Shown: one piece after another, positions 37,568-48,600 of the stretch
How the letters are laid out: each line of letters begins with the position of its first letter
Numbering within the stretch: position 1 is the stretch's first letter
Virus record (IMG/VR): IMGVR_UViG_3300025141_016305
Location: 1 to 64,000 of that record
Origin: a virus
Reading direction: 5' to 3' (one strand)
DNA length: 64,000 nucleotides
Program-made: the position numbers and the translations under genes
Notes under the pieces: model-generated
The model's database searches: none
What the model saw: the letters and a program-made list of their open reading frames with translations, nothing else
What the model was told of the DNA's origin: nothing

Positions 37568-40238
37568 TGGTGTCACCTCCCGAATCCATCGTACCTGCTC
37601 TTCTCTGGCTTACGCTTGATTCTAGCTCTTCTGCCTCTTCGCTTGTTGGGCGCAAGTTAGGTGGAACACCGCGGGGGGCATATTGCGAACTCGCGGGACT
37701 GGTTCGACGAGATGGGGCCGGGGTTGGCCTTCTGGAGCCTCCAAACTCTTGAAGGTCCCTTTCTCTCTGGCGAGCTTGCTCTTCTCTCATTTCCGTCATA
37801 CGGGGGCTTTCAGGTCCATAAAGCCCAGAATCACTTGGACTGGGCAGCGCTCGGCTTGTGGGCGATGGCGGAGGCTCAGGTATCTCTGTTGCATCTTCAG
37901 ACAATGCAGCATCAGCGGCATTGACCGAATTGACTGATGGGTTCTTGGTCGCTAGTTCCGGTGATGTGGGTAACTTTGTGGCACCTTCTCTAGTTGGACT
38001 AGAAAATGAACACTCTAAGTTTGTAGCCAAGCTTCCTTCATTTGTATAGGTTGTCGCCACTTTTATTACTGTATAGTAGCCACCCAAGCCCAAATTGGCT
38101 GCTGGGGAGTTTTCATCTCTGGGGTCTCCAAACCCTACAGAAAACGGATCAATGTAAATTTGACTTCCCGGAAAGAACATCATATTCCCAAACATTGAAA
38201 CGTTCGCATGATATGGCATCTTCAACTCATCATACAGTCCGATCTGACCAACCATCAAACCTTCTCTTCTATAAGTTATGTCAAATTTTGAAAAATTAAT
38301 ATTTTTTATTATACCACGATCTTTGCCTAAGTCAAAATGAAATATACCGTTTTTTAAATCCTTTTTTCTGTCTCCAGCCTTACGACTTGAGGGTATTTTT
38401 GTGTTTGTTTGCGGATATATAATAAAATATTCTCTTTCATTATTGGCTTTATCTATTTCAAAAGTATTCATAGGTATTGCAGCTGCCACTCCTCCGTCAA
38501 GCGGGCCCGGGGCTTGATCGGGAGAGATTTCTCCTGGTTCCATATCAGAAAAACTTTCTTTTAGTTTTGCACCAGTATAGGAAACAGCTGCAAAAGTTGT
38601 ATCTGTATTTTTAACAACATGAGGAGCAATGTCGTCAAAGCTAGAAAAAACCTTATCCAAAACAGCTTTGTAAGAATCTTCCAAAAACTTTTTTATAGTG
38701 TATTTCTTGTCAGCCATATTTACAACTTCATTAAAGATGTATTGCTGGTATATTTCTACTGAAACTGGCAAATCTGCAATATTAACTCTTGCAATTTTTC
38801 CATCATCGAAGCTTATATGCACATCTGCCAACAAAACTGTCATTTTTTTAAAATTTTCAAAATCTTCCTGAATCTGTTTTGCAACAGATTCATCTTCGTT
38901 TTTTGCCCTAGCATACGCATCCGTAAAATCTTTCTCTTTTTTCAAGAAAAAAGCCTCTATCATATCTCCAAAAGTAAAGAAGTGCAACGTTCTTGCAGAA
39001 GCTTCAAGTCTTTGCAGGAGATTCTTTGCCTCAATCTTTGCGTCTGTACTAGATGAAGGCTCATCTGCTGGGAGTGCCGGGGGCGTGCTGCCAGCTGTAG
39101 GCAAAGAGGATTCATCTTCTTGGCTTTCTCCTTTCAAGTGGTTTGGAAAAGAATACAGTTGCAAGAGTTCCGGAATTACATCGATGGAAAAGAGCCTTTC
39201 TCTTTGTTCTAAGATTTCACTAATTTTTCGAATTTCATTCTGAATTTCTATTACTTTTTTCTGTCTTTTTTTTGTTCGCGAGGCCACGTCTGAAGCGTTG
39301 GTGGGTCCTATCATGTTGATAGTTCTTCGCGGGGTCTTAGTCGACGATCGCGTGAGGGCCTTTTCAATCATATCTCCGGGGCTCTCAATCAAGCTTGCGT
39401 GATCTAACCTCGAAGAGTCAATAAATGCAGTAAATTCAACATCTATGGTGGCGGATCCATCTTGATTCACGTTTATGGTATGATCCCCGGGGTACATTCT
39501 TAAGGAGAGAAAGTTTTTTTCAACCTGCTCTATTTCTGCATCTGTAAAAACAGAACCGGCACTGTCGGCAGACGAATAAGCTAAAATAACAGCTATTTCG
39601 TTTTGCTTGCGAAGTTGGCCGCGGCCAACAACCTTTCCTCCTGCCTTTTTTTGTGATCCAGCCAATTCTGTAGAAAAAGTAAATAAATCTGCTAGACGCG
39701 CATAGCCTGGTTTTTCTATGAAAATATTTGCCAAACTATCAATTCTAAGTGTAAGATTGCATTTGATATATCTGGAAGAAGTGAAAAAATCTTGACCTTC
39801 GACAACTACACCGAAGTTTTCAATAGTTGTATTTCCTCCAACATAGCCCGTAAACTCTGCAGAGCTATTTTCAAGAGGATCAAAATCTGAAATTATTGGA
39901 AAATAAAAAGGTATCAATGTGTCGTTTGAAACTTTGTAAAATCTAATTTCGGGAACCAGCATGCTTAATTTATATGTCTCCATATCAAAAAAGGCCATGA
40001 CTGGGTCTTGAATTGTCGGATAATTCGCCCCTGATTTAAATTTGCTGTTTAAACTACTCACTATAGAGTCTGGGTCGTAATCTCCTTTTAATTTTTTGAC
40101 ATACTTATAGTAAAACCTATTTGGAGACGAGCCAAGCATTGGCATGTCAGTCAATAGGCTGGGACTCTTAATTCCCAAAAGCCACATTAAATATGCCTGT
40201 GAAACTAAAGAGTTTTTTGGGTTCTGTTTTTTACTCAC
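37554..40238 (-). CDS. Putative baseplate hub protein
   Basis: GIIKNINFSK...ANVSMFGN..FFPG..IYID...GGYYTVIKV hub-like C-terminus; position after the LysM/gp53-like gene. Confidence 0.6.
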   Translation of the reverse strand: MSKKQNPKNSLVSQAYLMWLLGIKSPSLLTDMPMLGSSPNRFYYKYVKKLKGDYDPDSIVSSLNSKFKSGANYPTIQDPVMAFFDMETYKLSMLVPEIRFYKVSNDTLIPFYFPIISDFDPLENSSAEFTGYVGGNTTIENFGVVVEGQDFFTSSRYIKCNLTLRIDSLANIFIEKPGYARLADLFTFSTELAGSQKKAGGKVVGRGQLRKQNEIAVILAYSSADSAGSVFTDAEIEQVEKNFLSLRMYPGDHTINVNQDGSATIDVEFTAFIDSSRLDHASLIESPGDMIEKALTRSSTKTPRRTINMIGPTNASDVASRTKKRQKKVIEIQNEIRKISEILEQRERLFSIDVIPELLQLYSFPNHLKGESQEDESSLPTAGSTPPALPADEPSSSTDAKIEAKNLLQRLEASARTLHFFTFGDMIEAFFLKKEKDFTDAYARAKNEDESVAKQIQEDFENFKKMTVLLADVHISFDDGKIARVNIADLPVSVEIYQQYIFNEVVNMADKKYTIKKFLEDSYKAVLDKVFSSFDDIAPHVVKNTDTTFAAVSYTGAKLKESFSDMEPGEISPDQAPGPLDGGVAAAIPMNTFEIDKANNEREYFIIYPQTNTKIPSSRKAGDRKKDLKNGIFHFDLGKDRGIIKNINFSKFDITYRREGLMVGQIGLYDELKMPYHANVSMFGNMMFFPGSQIYIDPFSVGFGDPRDENSPAANLGLGGYYTVIKVATTYTNEGSLATNLECSFSSPTREGATKLPTSPELATKNPSVNSVNAADAALSEDATEIPEPPPSPTSRALPSPSDSGLYGPESPRMTEMREEQARQRERDLQEFGGSRRPTPAPSRRTSPASSQYAPRGVPPNLRPTSEEAEELESSVSQRRAGTMDSGGDTNGDY

Positions 40239-40612
40239 TTTTCCTTATTCCACAATTGCAAAATATCTTTTAAAGGCCTAGGTATATAGATTATGTCTCC
40301 TGGCTTACAATAAAAATCAGCTGGCTTTTGGTTCCACCAAGCAATCAGGTACCAATACCTTGTATCGCCATATGCATCAAAAGCAATTTTAAACAATCTA
40401 TCCCCCAATTTAAAAATATATTTTTCGTTGTCAAAACTGGCTCTGTCTATTTCTGTAATCTCATTGATATCTTGTTTTGTGTATTGGTCTATAAACTCTC
40501 TTTGCCTTTTGGCTATATTGAGAGCCATTGGGTTACCTGCAGGACCGACATCTTTTGCGGCGTCATTCCTGACAACTTTTGTATTCGGATTTTTATATCT
40601 ATTAATAGGCAT
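40235..40612 (-). CDS. LysM-like baseplate wedge protein (gp53/gpX-like)
   Basis: GDRL.KIA..AYGD..YWYLIA..N.......PGD.IYIP. Confidence 0.75.
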   Translation of the reverse strand: MPINRYKNPNTKVVRNDAAKDVGPAGNPMALNIAKRQREFIDQYTKQDINEITEIDRASFDNEKYIFKLGDRLFKIAFDAYGDTRYWYLIAWWNQKPADFYCKPGDIIYIPRPLKDILQLWNKEK

Positions 40613-40631
40613 CTCTTTTTATCCTCATATT

Positions 40632-41315
40632 TTATATTATTCCAATAGACATTACATTAGCAACGTCTGCTCGACCGTTAGGGGAACTAGATTCTGTTGC
40701 ATCCGACGCTATTGGGGTTTGCGTTTGTCCGTATGGAAATTCTTGTGTTAAAAAATCACCAGATGAATTAAAGCCAATTTCCGAATCGTGTTGTGGCACG
40801 AAATTGAAAGATATTCTAAAAATCTGCGGAACAATGGTTCCGTCTTCTCTAATGAAGTGGCTCGATTTAAAATCCGGGTCAAAAGTTAATCCGCTGATGC
40901 ACCCTATGAGCCCATCGGAACCGTTGGCTGATTGAATATAGTTCATAAGCTTTACTTTCAAGATAGGTGGCGCTTTTATTGTTCTAGCGGCAGAGCCCCT
41001 CGTATTTAATGGCTCACTATAAACTGGGTAAAGCATTTGAATAAACTTTGAATATTGTGTTAGGTTTTCTTCCGCTTTGGCACGGTCGGGGGCGAGAACA
41101 GATAAAGTAAGACTGATTCTTCTGCTTGTGCCTCTATATTGCTTTACTGGGTCGACGCGGCCAAAACTCTCTTCGTTGCCCCAACTTACGTTATAATTAT
41201 CAGAAAAGTTGTCTATAAAAGCCGGAAAACTTACAGATTGACCCGTAGTTACACTTACAACACTAAGTATTTGGCCTTTTTTTCTTGCTATTTTCTCAAA
41301 TGTTACTATTGACAT
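40632..41315 (-). CDS. Baseplate/tail-tube initiator protein
   Basis: F.AFI..FSDNY...W......GRVDP...Y..T.R.ISL and PPIL motifs. Confidence 0.65.
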   Translation of the reverse strand: MSIVTFEKIARKKGQILSVVSVTTGQSVSFPAFIDNFSDNYNVSWGNEESFGRVDPVKQYRGTSRRISLTLSVLAPDRAKAEENLTQYSKFIQMLYPVYSEPLNTRGSAARTIKAPPILKVKLMNYIQSANGSDGLIGCISGLTFDPDFKSSHFIREDGTIVPQIFRISFNFVPQHDSEIGFNSSGDFLTQEFPYGQTQTPIASDATESSSPNGRADVANVMSIGII

Positions 41316-41335
41316 TGTTTAACCTCCATTAACAA

Positions 41336-43111
41336 TTATGGTCCCGCCATGGCCAAAACTCTTGAAAAGAACTTCATAAGAAATTGGGTAAACGCTTTTG
41401 CGCTTTCCTCGTTCATAAACACCTTGTTTATTGCGTTCATCGCTTCTTTCGTCTCTTCCTCAGACATGCCACCTTTAGAAAATTTTTCACCGGCTGCGTA
41501 CGCTGCTTTAATATCTGACATTGATGATTCAGCGGTCCGCGCTATAAAGGCGCCACCGGCGTCGAATTCGGCGCCCGGGAGAGATTCTCCAGTAATAGGG
41601 TCTCTTTTAATGCCAGCTGCAGCTGTTTGGAGCGGTGTCATCCCGGGGCCGCCGGGGGTGCCTAGCATTTTTTGCAATGCGGCAATAACAACAGTAGCGG
41701 CAATAGGGCTTTCTCCTGCGATGTCGAGGCCCGTTTTTGCTATACCAGCAATCATACCCGCAAAAACAGGGTTTGTTTTTGCCATATCTGCCAATTCAGT
41801 ATCAAAAAAATCTGGTCTTATATCTCTATCCGGCTGATATGGCTCTCTTGCTCCCCGCATTGCGGCATCACCGGCCAGATTTCTGTCCATTCGGCCGAGA
41901 AAGCCGGCTTGGAGAAGTTCGAGTATTCTTTCTGGGTTGTCTCTGAGAGTTTGCTCGTCAAAACCTGCTGCGGCACCTGCTTGTATGAGACCTTCTCTTG
42001 TGGCGCCTTCGGCTGCTCGCGAAAGGTTGATGGCCATGTCTTCTAAGGGAGTTCTTAGGTTCTTTATGGTTGTTTCTAACTTTGCCATCTCATCAGTAGC
42101 CAAGGTAGTGCTCATTGCAAACTTATCCATGTCATCGCCTGCCATGATGCCTTCTAGAGGTTTTGCGCGTTCGTCGATCTCTTCCCCTAAGATTCTTTTC
42201 ACAGCATCGTCGGGGCCCTCTGTTAAAAGCTTCCTGACATCTAATGGTGACATACCTCCTAGCGCTGTTCCAATTGCTTTAAGTTCATACTTACCAAGTT
42301 CATCGATATTTACCCTTTCACCTAGCCTTTGTTGTATTGTTGCAACTCTTTCTGCCTCATCCATACTCAAAAGCTCTAGTGGGTTAAAAACATTGGCGCC
42401 CAGGATTTGGTTTAATTTGCCGGCCATTTCAGTTGCGCCGCCGAATGTATCTAGCCCGTCACCAAACTTTTCGGCCATCGTAGAAAATTCAATGCCTGTC
42501 TTTCTTGACTGTTTTTCCATTCTTGTAAAAACATTTAAAGTTTTTTCTGCATTATAAGCAAAATTAGTTTGGGCAAAACTAAAATCATCCATTAGTTTTT
42601 TAGGGTTTATGAACAAATCTCTAGATATCTTGCTCATTGAAGCTGCGAAGACCTCAAGCTGATTTCGATTGGCTCCAAAAGCCATGGCTTGATTATCTAT
42701 GGCTTTCGCTAAAGCGGCAGACTCGAACCCCATCTCTCTCATTAGGGCCGTCGATCTTGCCAGAGCAGCTTGGCCGCTTTGGTTTATACCTAAAAAAGAT
42801 GTCATGTTGGTGGCAAGATCTGTCATTGCCTCCGCGCCGCGTTGGGCGGAACCAAAGAAATCGGTTGAAAAACGTACTGCTTGGTCTAATGCTCTGCTGA
42901 ATTCGCCTCCGGGGGCAAACTTGCTAAAGTAATCCCCTCCAGACTTGACCATCCGTTCATTGGCTTCGCGCATTTGAATTGCAATGTCCAAATGCTTCTC
43001 AAGGGGGCCCATGATGTTACTAAGCTCTTTATTATATTGCTTGTAAAGACCGGTCAGGTCATTAACAACCCCTTTAATATCATCTCCAATTTTTCCAGGT
43101 CCACTGCCCAT
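41336..43111 (-). CDS. Tape measure-like protein
   Basis: Ala/Gly/Met-rich helical protein between the chaperones and the baseplate genes. Confidence 0.65.
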   Translation of the reverse strand: MGSGPGKIGDDIKGVVNDLTGLYKQYNKELSNIMGPLEKHLDIAIQMREANERMVKSGGDYFSKFAPGGEFSRALDQAVRFSTDFFGSAQRGAEAMTDLATNMTSFLGINQSGQAALARSTALMREMGFESAALAKAIDNQAMAFGANRNQLEVFAASMSKISRDLFINPKKLMDDFSFAQTNFAYNAEKTLNVFTRMEKQSRKTGIEFSTMAEKFGDGLDTFGGATEMAGKLNQILGANVFNPLELLSMDEAERVATIQQRLGERVNIDELGKYELKAIGTALGGMSPLDVRKLLTEGPDDAVKRILGEEIDERAKPLEGIMAGDDMDKFAMSTTLATDEMAKLETTIKNLRTPLEDMAINLSRAAEGATREGLIQAGAAAGFDEQTLRDNPERILELLQAGFLGRMDRNLAGDAAMRGAREPYQPDRDIRPDFFDTELADMAKTNPVFAGMIAGIAKTGLDIAGESPIAATVVIAALQKMLGTPGGPGMTPLQTAAAGIKRDPITGESLPGAEFDAGGAFIARTAESSMSDIKAAYAAGEKFSKGGMSEEETKEAMNAINKVFMNEESAKAFTQFLMKFFSRVLAMAGP

Positions 43112-43168
43112 TTATAAATTTCTCCTAAAGGATACAACTATACACTTATAAATAGAACTTAATATATT

Positions 43169-43345
43169 TTATTTTTTACTTGACTGACTTTCTTTGACGT
43201 GTGCCAAAGTTCGCTCGACAAACCAGCGTCTAAGTCCAATGGGTAGGCTATATGCTTCAGTAAAAGACCAGTTTCCTTTTTGCATTAAGAAAAAGATTTC
43301 TTCGTAAGGGCCTTCTTTTATATAATCACTCGTTATTCCAAAACC
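43169..43345 (-). CDS. Tail assembly chaperone extension, probably reached by a +1 frameshift
   Basis: FGITSDY..YEEIFFLM..GNWSFTEAYSLPIGLRRWF; no good independent start. Confidence 0.6.
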   Translation of the reverse strand, partial: GFGITSDYIKEGPYEEIFFLMQKGNWSFTEAYSLPIGLRRWFVERTLAHVKESQSSKK

Positions 43346-44234
43346 ATGCCCATGAAAAGGGCACCTCTCTTTCAGCTTCACCGCCACATGAAGGGCAGGG
43401 TACCTCTTGGTGCATTCTAAAGCTTGGTGTCAAAGAAGAGTGAGTTATTTTTAACTTTTTAGAGTCCAAAGCCGGAATAAAATCTAAAAACTGGGATATT
43501 ATCTCCGGATCAGTTATTGGAATTGCGTTTTGGCTTGAGTTGGGCTCTCTAATTTCAACGATCATTCTTCGAAGTAGTTCGACAGTATAGTTGTAGTCTA
43601 ATGAATGTTTTTTTCTTTGCTTTTCGAGTTCAATTAAATATTTAAAATCTTCATTATTTAAAACTCGACAAACAATATTGTATTTACAGACGGGAAGATC
43701 AAAACTGAACGTTCCAGTTTCCTCGTTAACTAAAACATCTTCAGGCGAATTATTTAATTCCCCTAAAGCATTGGATACTAGTTCATCCAAGTCAAAATCA
43801 AAAATCTGTTCGGTATTGCAACTTTCACAATGCATTTTCATTTGATAATTTGGACCATATCCTGTTTTTCTTGCCTGAACAAGAATTGCCATCTTATCAA
43901 CGTCTCCAATATCGGATACTGTTATTGACTTGTCGATTAGTAGAGATTCAACTAGTTTATCTAATACAATTCCGCGAGAGATATAGTCCTGATTTACAAG
44001 AATATCCTCCTCTCTTGCTGTCATATACTTTATTTCAACCTTTTGAATATTTCTAAGTGTGTTTCCCTCAGAATAAAACTTACCTCTCGAAGGCAAGTCA
44101 ACAAACTCTGTTGGCACTACAAAAGAAGGTTTTGCAATTGCTTGTGATGGCGGGGTTGGCACAGGCTGTGGCTGTGGGGTTTGGTTATTGTTTTGTTTCG
44201 GCCTATTATTACGCCTTGAGCTATTTCTAGACAT
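43326..44234 (-). CDS. Baseplate hub/tail assembly chaperone (T4 gp26/gp51-like)
   Basis: VDLPSRG, MTAREEDIL, GYGP.Y and two CxxC pairs. Confidence 0.75.
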   Translation of the reverse strand: MSRNSSRRNNRPKQNNNQTPQPQPVPTPPSQAIAKPSFVVPTEFVDLPSRGKFYSEGNTLRNIQKVEIKYMTAREEDILVNQDYISRGIVLDKLVESLLIDKSITVSDIGDVDKMAILVQARKTGYGPNYQMKMHCESCNTEQIFDFDLDELVSNALGELNNSPEDVLVNEETGTFSFDLPVCKYNIVCRVLNNEDFKYLIELEKQRKKHSLDYNYTVELLRRMIVEIREPNSSQNAIPITDPEIISQFLDFIPALDSKKLKITHSSLTPSFRMHQEVPCPSCGGEAEREVPFSWAWFWNNE

Positions 44235-44246
44235 TAATTCCTCTTT

Positions 44247-44927
44247 TCAATATTTATCTCTTTGAATGGCAAAATCGCTAGGACTATCACTAGAGTCCGA
44301 ATAGAACGCGGTTTCGCCCGCTTGCCAGGCTAGTCTCCATTTGTGACCGTTATCAACCATGAACTGTTTCACCATTTTACCTACGGGGCTGTGTGGAGAA
44401 TAATCGTGGCCTGCAAGAAATCCTCCCGGTTTAACTTTTTTAGACCAATGTTTTAGGTCTGCAGCGACTGCTTCTTTGCTGTGGTCTCCGTCGATATATA
44501 CAAGGTCGAAAAAACCATCCTCATATAACTTTACAGCCTCAAGACTATAGTCGACTATTATTTCCACATGTGGCTGGTTGCCAAAATGGTTGAAAACATT
44601 ATTTCTGCACCTTTCGTTTTCCATTCTTCTAACACCTGTACTGTTTTCTTCCGTTAAATATTTATCCCACGGATCAACTAATACTAATTTTTTGGGTTTT
44701 AAAAGTTTATTAATTCTATACGCGTTTTTGCCAGAACGAACTCCAATTTCGATCACGTTTGTGTTTTCTGGAAAAGAGGCGAAGAATCGATTTCGCATGT
44801 GGTTCCAATGATTGAGGTTCTTCATTCCATCGTGTTCTAATTTAATGCATTCGTTTAAGAAATCAATATCATCTTCACAATAAAGACTCTTAGGGGTTGT
44901 AGTACTTCCAAACTCAAAGTCAGCCAT
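44247..44927 (-). CDS. Class I SAM-dependent methyltransferase (Methyltransf_24-like)
   Basis: EIGVRSG, VDPW, DLVYIDGDHS and KPGGFLAGHDY. Confidence 0.85.
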   Translation of the reverse strand: MADFEFGSTTTPKSLYCEDDIDFLNECIKLEHDGMKNLNHWNHMRNRFFASFPENTNVIEIGVRSGKNAYRINKLLKPKKLVLVDPWDKYLTEENSTGVRRMENERCRNNVFNHFGNQPHVEIIVDYSLEAVKLYEDGFFDLVYIDGDHSKEAVAADLKHWSKKVKPGGFLAGHDYSPHSPVGKMVKQFMVDNGHKWRLAWQAGETAFYSDSSDSPSDFAIQRDKY

Positions 44928-44929
44928 TA

Positions 44930-45544
44930 TTAGAATCCACTGTTGCGGGTGTTATCACCAGTATAGCCGCCGCGGCTTAACTCACCAGATGGCCCAGTGG
45001 GAGTTTCAACATTCCATGGAACAGCTGGACCGTCGCCGGCGTTGGTTTCAACGGTAGCCCAGTCATAATTTAAATTAACTGCAATATTAACCAATCCTTC
45101 ATTGCTATAATCCAAATCGCCAAAATCAACAGAGGTTATCAGAGGGTTATGAATTGTCCAAGTTTCAATTGGGGCGCCGTCTTGGTTTAATTGACTAAGC
45201 TTGATTTGTGTTCCCAAAGATTCAACCATTCCTTTTTTTGAAATCGTTGAAGGTCCTGCTTCATTATATTCTGGCGGTATTCTATATCCTGCATTTTTCA
45301 AAATGGCATATAAACTTCCTGTTGAATCCGGACTTACAGGATCAACAATTGTGAAATTAATAGGAGCCCAAGTAACTCTACCTGGATATTTAAACTCATA
45401 ATTCAAAAAGTTGTGAGGAGTGTTCCCTACACTAAACCCGGGCTTTTTTACCTTTGTAACGATAAACTGTGGCATACCTGATAAATAAAGTAACCACCTA
45501 AACGATCTTTTAGGCTCGACGCCTGGTTGATTCCAAAACGGCAT
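44930..45544 (-). CDS. Tail tube protein (gp19-like)
   Basis: EPKR.FRW, PGRVTW, FGDLDYS and YDWA; follows the sheath gene. Confidence 0.85.
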   Translation of the reverse strand: MPFWNQPGVEPKRSFRWLLYLSGMPQFIVTKVKKPGFSVGNTPHNFLNYEFKYPGRVTWAPINFTIVDPVSPDSTGSLYAILKNAGYRIPPEYNEAGPSTISKKGMVESLGTQIKLSQLNQDGAPIETWTIHNPLITSVDFGDLDYSNEGLVNIAVNLNYDWATVETNAGDGPAVPWNVETPTGPSGELSRGGYTGDNTRNSGF

Positions 45545-45600
45545 ATTTTTAGTCTCCTATTACTATTAGTATATATCATCCGGAAAACTTTTTTCAGTCT

Positions 45601-48600
45601 TTATTCCGGTTCGCCAAAACCAGCTCCGGTTCTAGTTATGACAAAATCAACCGCTATAAATTCTATAGACCTCGCAGGCTTAAGAAAAATCTTAGCATAC
45701 ATAATATTTCTATCAACCAAGTCAGCTGTAGTAGTTGATTTATCTAAAATAACTCGAAAATCAGTTAAACCAAGTTCTGTCTTAACTCCTTCCAAGAAAG
45801 GCTCCACTTTACTCTTAAATCTATTCCAAGTCGCTTGGACATTCTGATCGAAAAGCAAGGTGCTAGCAATTGTCGAAATCCTTCTCTTAACAAAAATCAA
45901 CAATCTACGAACATTGATTCTGTCCAAAGCGGACTGCGTAGTTTGCAGTGTCTTTTGGCCGAAAACCACTAGACCCTCCGAAATAAAAGAGGCAATTGGA
46001 TTAATGTTTGCTTCATAGAGTATATCCCTCTGCTTGGCCAAAAGTTGCGTTGTAACTGCCAACACAGGAAGCCCTGCATTGCCTTCATTTAATCCACCGC
46101 GGTTAAAACCTGCAGGGGCAAACCATACTGCATTTGTCCTCTCTTCACTGTAGGCCATGACACCAAGGGCAATAACAGATGGCGGCACCCAAACATCTCT
46201 ATTAAAACTGTTGTCCCTAACTTTTACCCATGGGTAATAAGTTGCACCATAAGAAGAATTAATTTGTCTAGCTGTCAAAGCAGTAGCAACCTGTGTTGGG
46301 GTCTTAGAGTTAATTCTTTGTTGGAAATTGTCGCATGCGGTGTGCCATGGTTCAATATATACATCCGGGAGATCGATAATTGCCAAAGAATCTGCTCTCG
46401 CTTCACAAGTGTCGACCAACTTCTTTGTTAAGTTTTCATTTGTGACACCGGGCATTGCTGCAAGATTCATTTCAATTGCTTCTGGATCTCTTATGAGTTC
46501 GATTGCCCTATCAATACTAGCATATGCATAATTGTTAGCTGTGGTGGCATCTGCATTTACAACGTGCATATTAAAGGGATCTGCTTCTCTTACATCAATG
46601 CCTTCACACCCACCAACCAAAGGCATTCTAAAAGAGTCTATTACATCTCTTGCTAGGGCCCGGGCTGAACCGTTACTTAGTGCAGTGTAGGCAGTTCCTG
46701 CAACTTGAGATCCTGTGACAAAGCTTATTTCAGTTGGTGTAAAACTAGAAAGATCTGCAACATTGGATGTGGTGGTTCCGGTGATGACAGTATCGTCCAA
46801 GCTGAAAATATAAGAATGACCAACTTCAGTGTCAGTTGCCGAAACTATACCACTAGTTTGTCGAGCATTAGTGGTCGCCCAGATTGGGGCTCTTCTTCCA
46901 TAATCAACATAGCTTTCGTTTAGAAGCGTTCCCTCAGCTTTAGTAGAAGTCATACGATACGGGCGCGCGCCTAAAGTTGGATTTGTCGACAAGTTTGTTT
47001 CTGGAACTTTTTCAACATACAGCCCTCTCGGAAAATTAAAGCTCACCGAGGCCGAATTGATGGTGCCAGCCATTGTGCTTCGGGCTGGGAAATTCAGTAG
47101 GGCATGATTGCCAATCCATTTGTCCTCACCAAATGTAATTGTATTGACCTCTGTAGCTCCCGAGCCGGCCCTTGTAAGGGCGCGAGGGAAAGCTTTTGGT
47201 ACGATTGGACCAAAGTATCCGAAAGGAGCAGCAGAGTTATTGTCTGGTCCTGTTTCGGAAATATCTCTATGAACTTCCACTCTTATAAATTGAGAAAGAT
47301 TTGGATTTGTTCCATAAACCTTGTTTCTCTTTTCTATTGTATCCCAAGCAAAATATTGGTCCCCCATTTGCTTAGCTATAAAGTTTTGAGAATTTGGATT
47401 TAGATTACATCTGTCAAATCTCTCAACAACCACTAAACCAGTAGGAGTTATCATCTTGACGCATACACTAAAAGTACTGTAAGGGTTTGCTGCGCCGGTT
47501 TCTGGTATTTTGATATTTTGTATCTCTACAATATGATTTTTTGGAAAATGCTCGCCATCTTGAATCGCGATAATTCTAAAAAGTTTCTGTAAATTGCGAG
47601 CGTCGTAGCTACCGGTAGCTGCGAAATTTTGATGGAAAACCCATCCGGTTTGTCCGGGGGCAGCGTCATGAGTTGCTGATTTAAAGTCACCCATTGAACC
47701 GGAAGCTGCGGATACTTGAAGTGGCAAAGTAAATGCCAATATGTTGGTGCTCGCGATGGCGATATGAGTGTTTATTCTTCTGTACTCTTCTTCGAAGGTC
47801 TCACCCAGCCAGTATTTGTTAGATAAAGTACCAGATGTGATATTTGATATCCTCGTCGTTGTTCGAACTGGGTTTGTGTTTAGAACATCCCTTATATACT
47901 CCGGATCACCTGGTGTAAATGAAACTGTTTGCTTAAAAGTGTCGGTGCCATCTTTAAGTTCTAGTATATATTTTCCGGCTGAATGTGGTTCTGCAAACGA
48001 AGACGTTGGCGGGGGCCCTGAATCAAACCTAAGAGAAGAGGTGTTTGCTGTTCGAGTCTGGTCGCCGCCAATGCATGTTCCGTACAAACCAACGGTAAAA
48101 TCAGCATCTGTTCCATAAAATACAGCTGCTAATGACGCTGTAATTGGAGCTGAGGCCGCGGAATGGAAACCGTCACCCTTACCATCTTGCCCATTTGTCG
48201 AGCCAGAGGCGGCTAAAAACAGGCCCCAAGGCTTTGTCGATTCCCAGCCAGGATGGGCATTGGTCTCTCCCGCAGAAGCATTATCACCTAAGACCCCCCC
48301 TAAACGTATCATTGTTACTGGTGTTTGTGACTTGAGATATGCTTGTGCGGCATATGGGGCATAAGCTGTAGCCAAAAGACCTGGATTTCTCCATGGATCG
48401 CCAGCCTGGTTTCCAGGGACGGTTTGACCAAAAACAGCCTCAAATTCTTCAAAAGAACCCACTTTATAAGGCTTCATCGTTGGACCTTTTCTGGTCCGAC
48501 CTATAATAACAGGGCCGGTGCGGCCGGGGACCTTTGGAAGTTGAGAATTGTCGATTTCTTTAAGAAAGACTCCTGGGGAAACGAACTTAAATTTTCTAGA

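Noticed and set aside
36353-40238. Chimallin (phage nucleus shell) candidate near the tubulin gene
   Set aside because: These ORFs continue the baseplate operon and show no recognisable chimallin features
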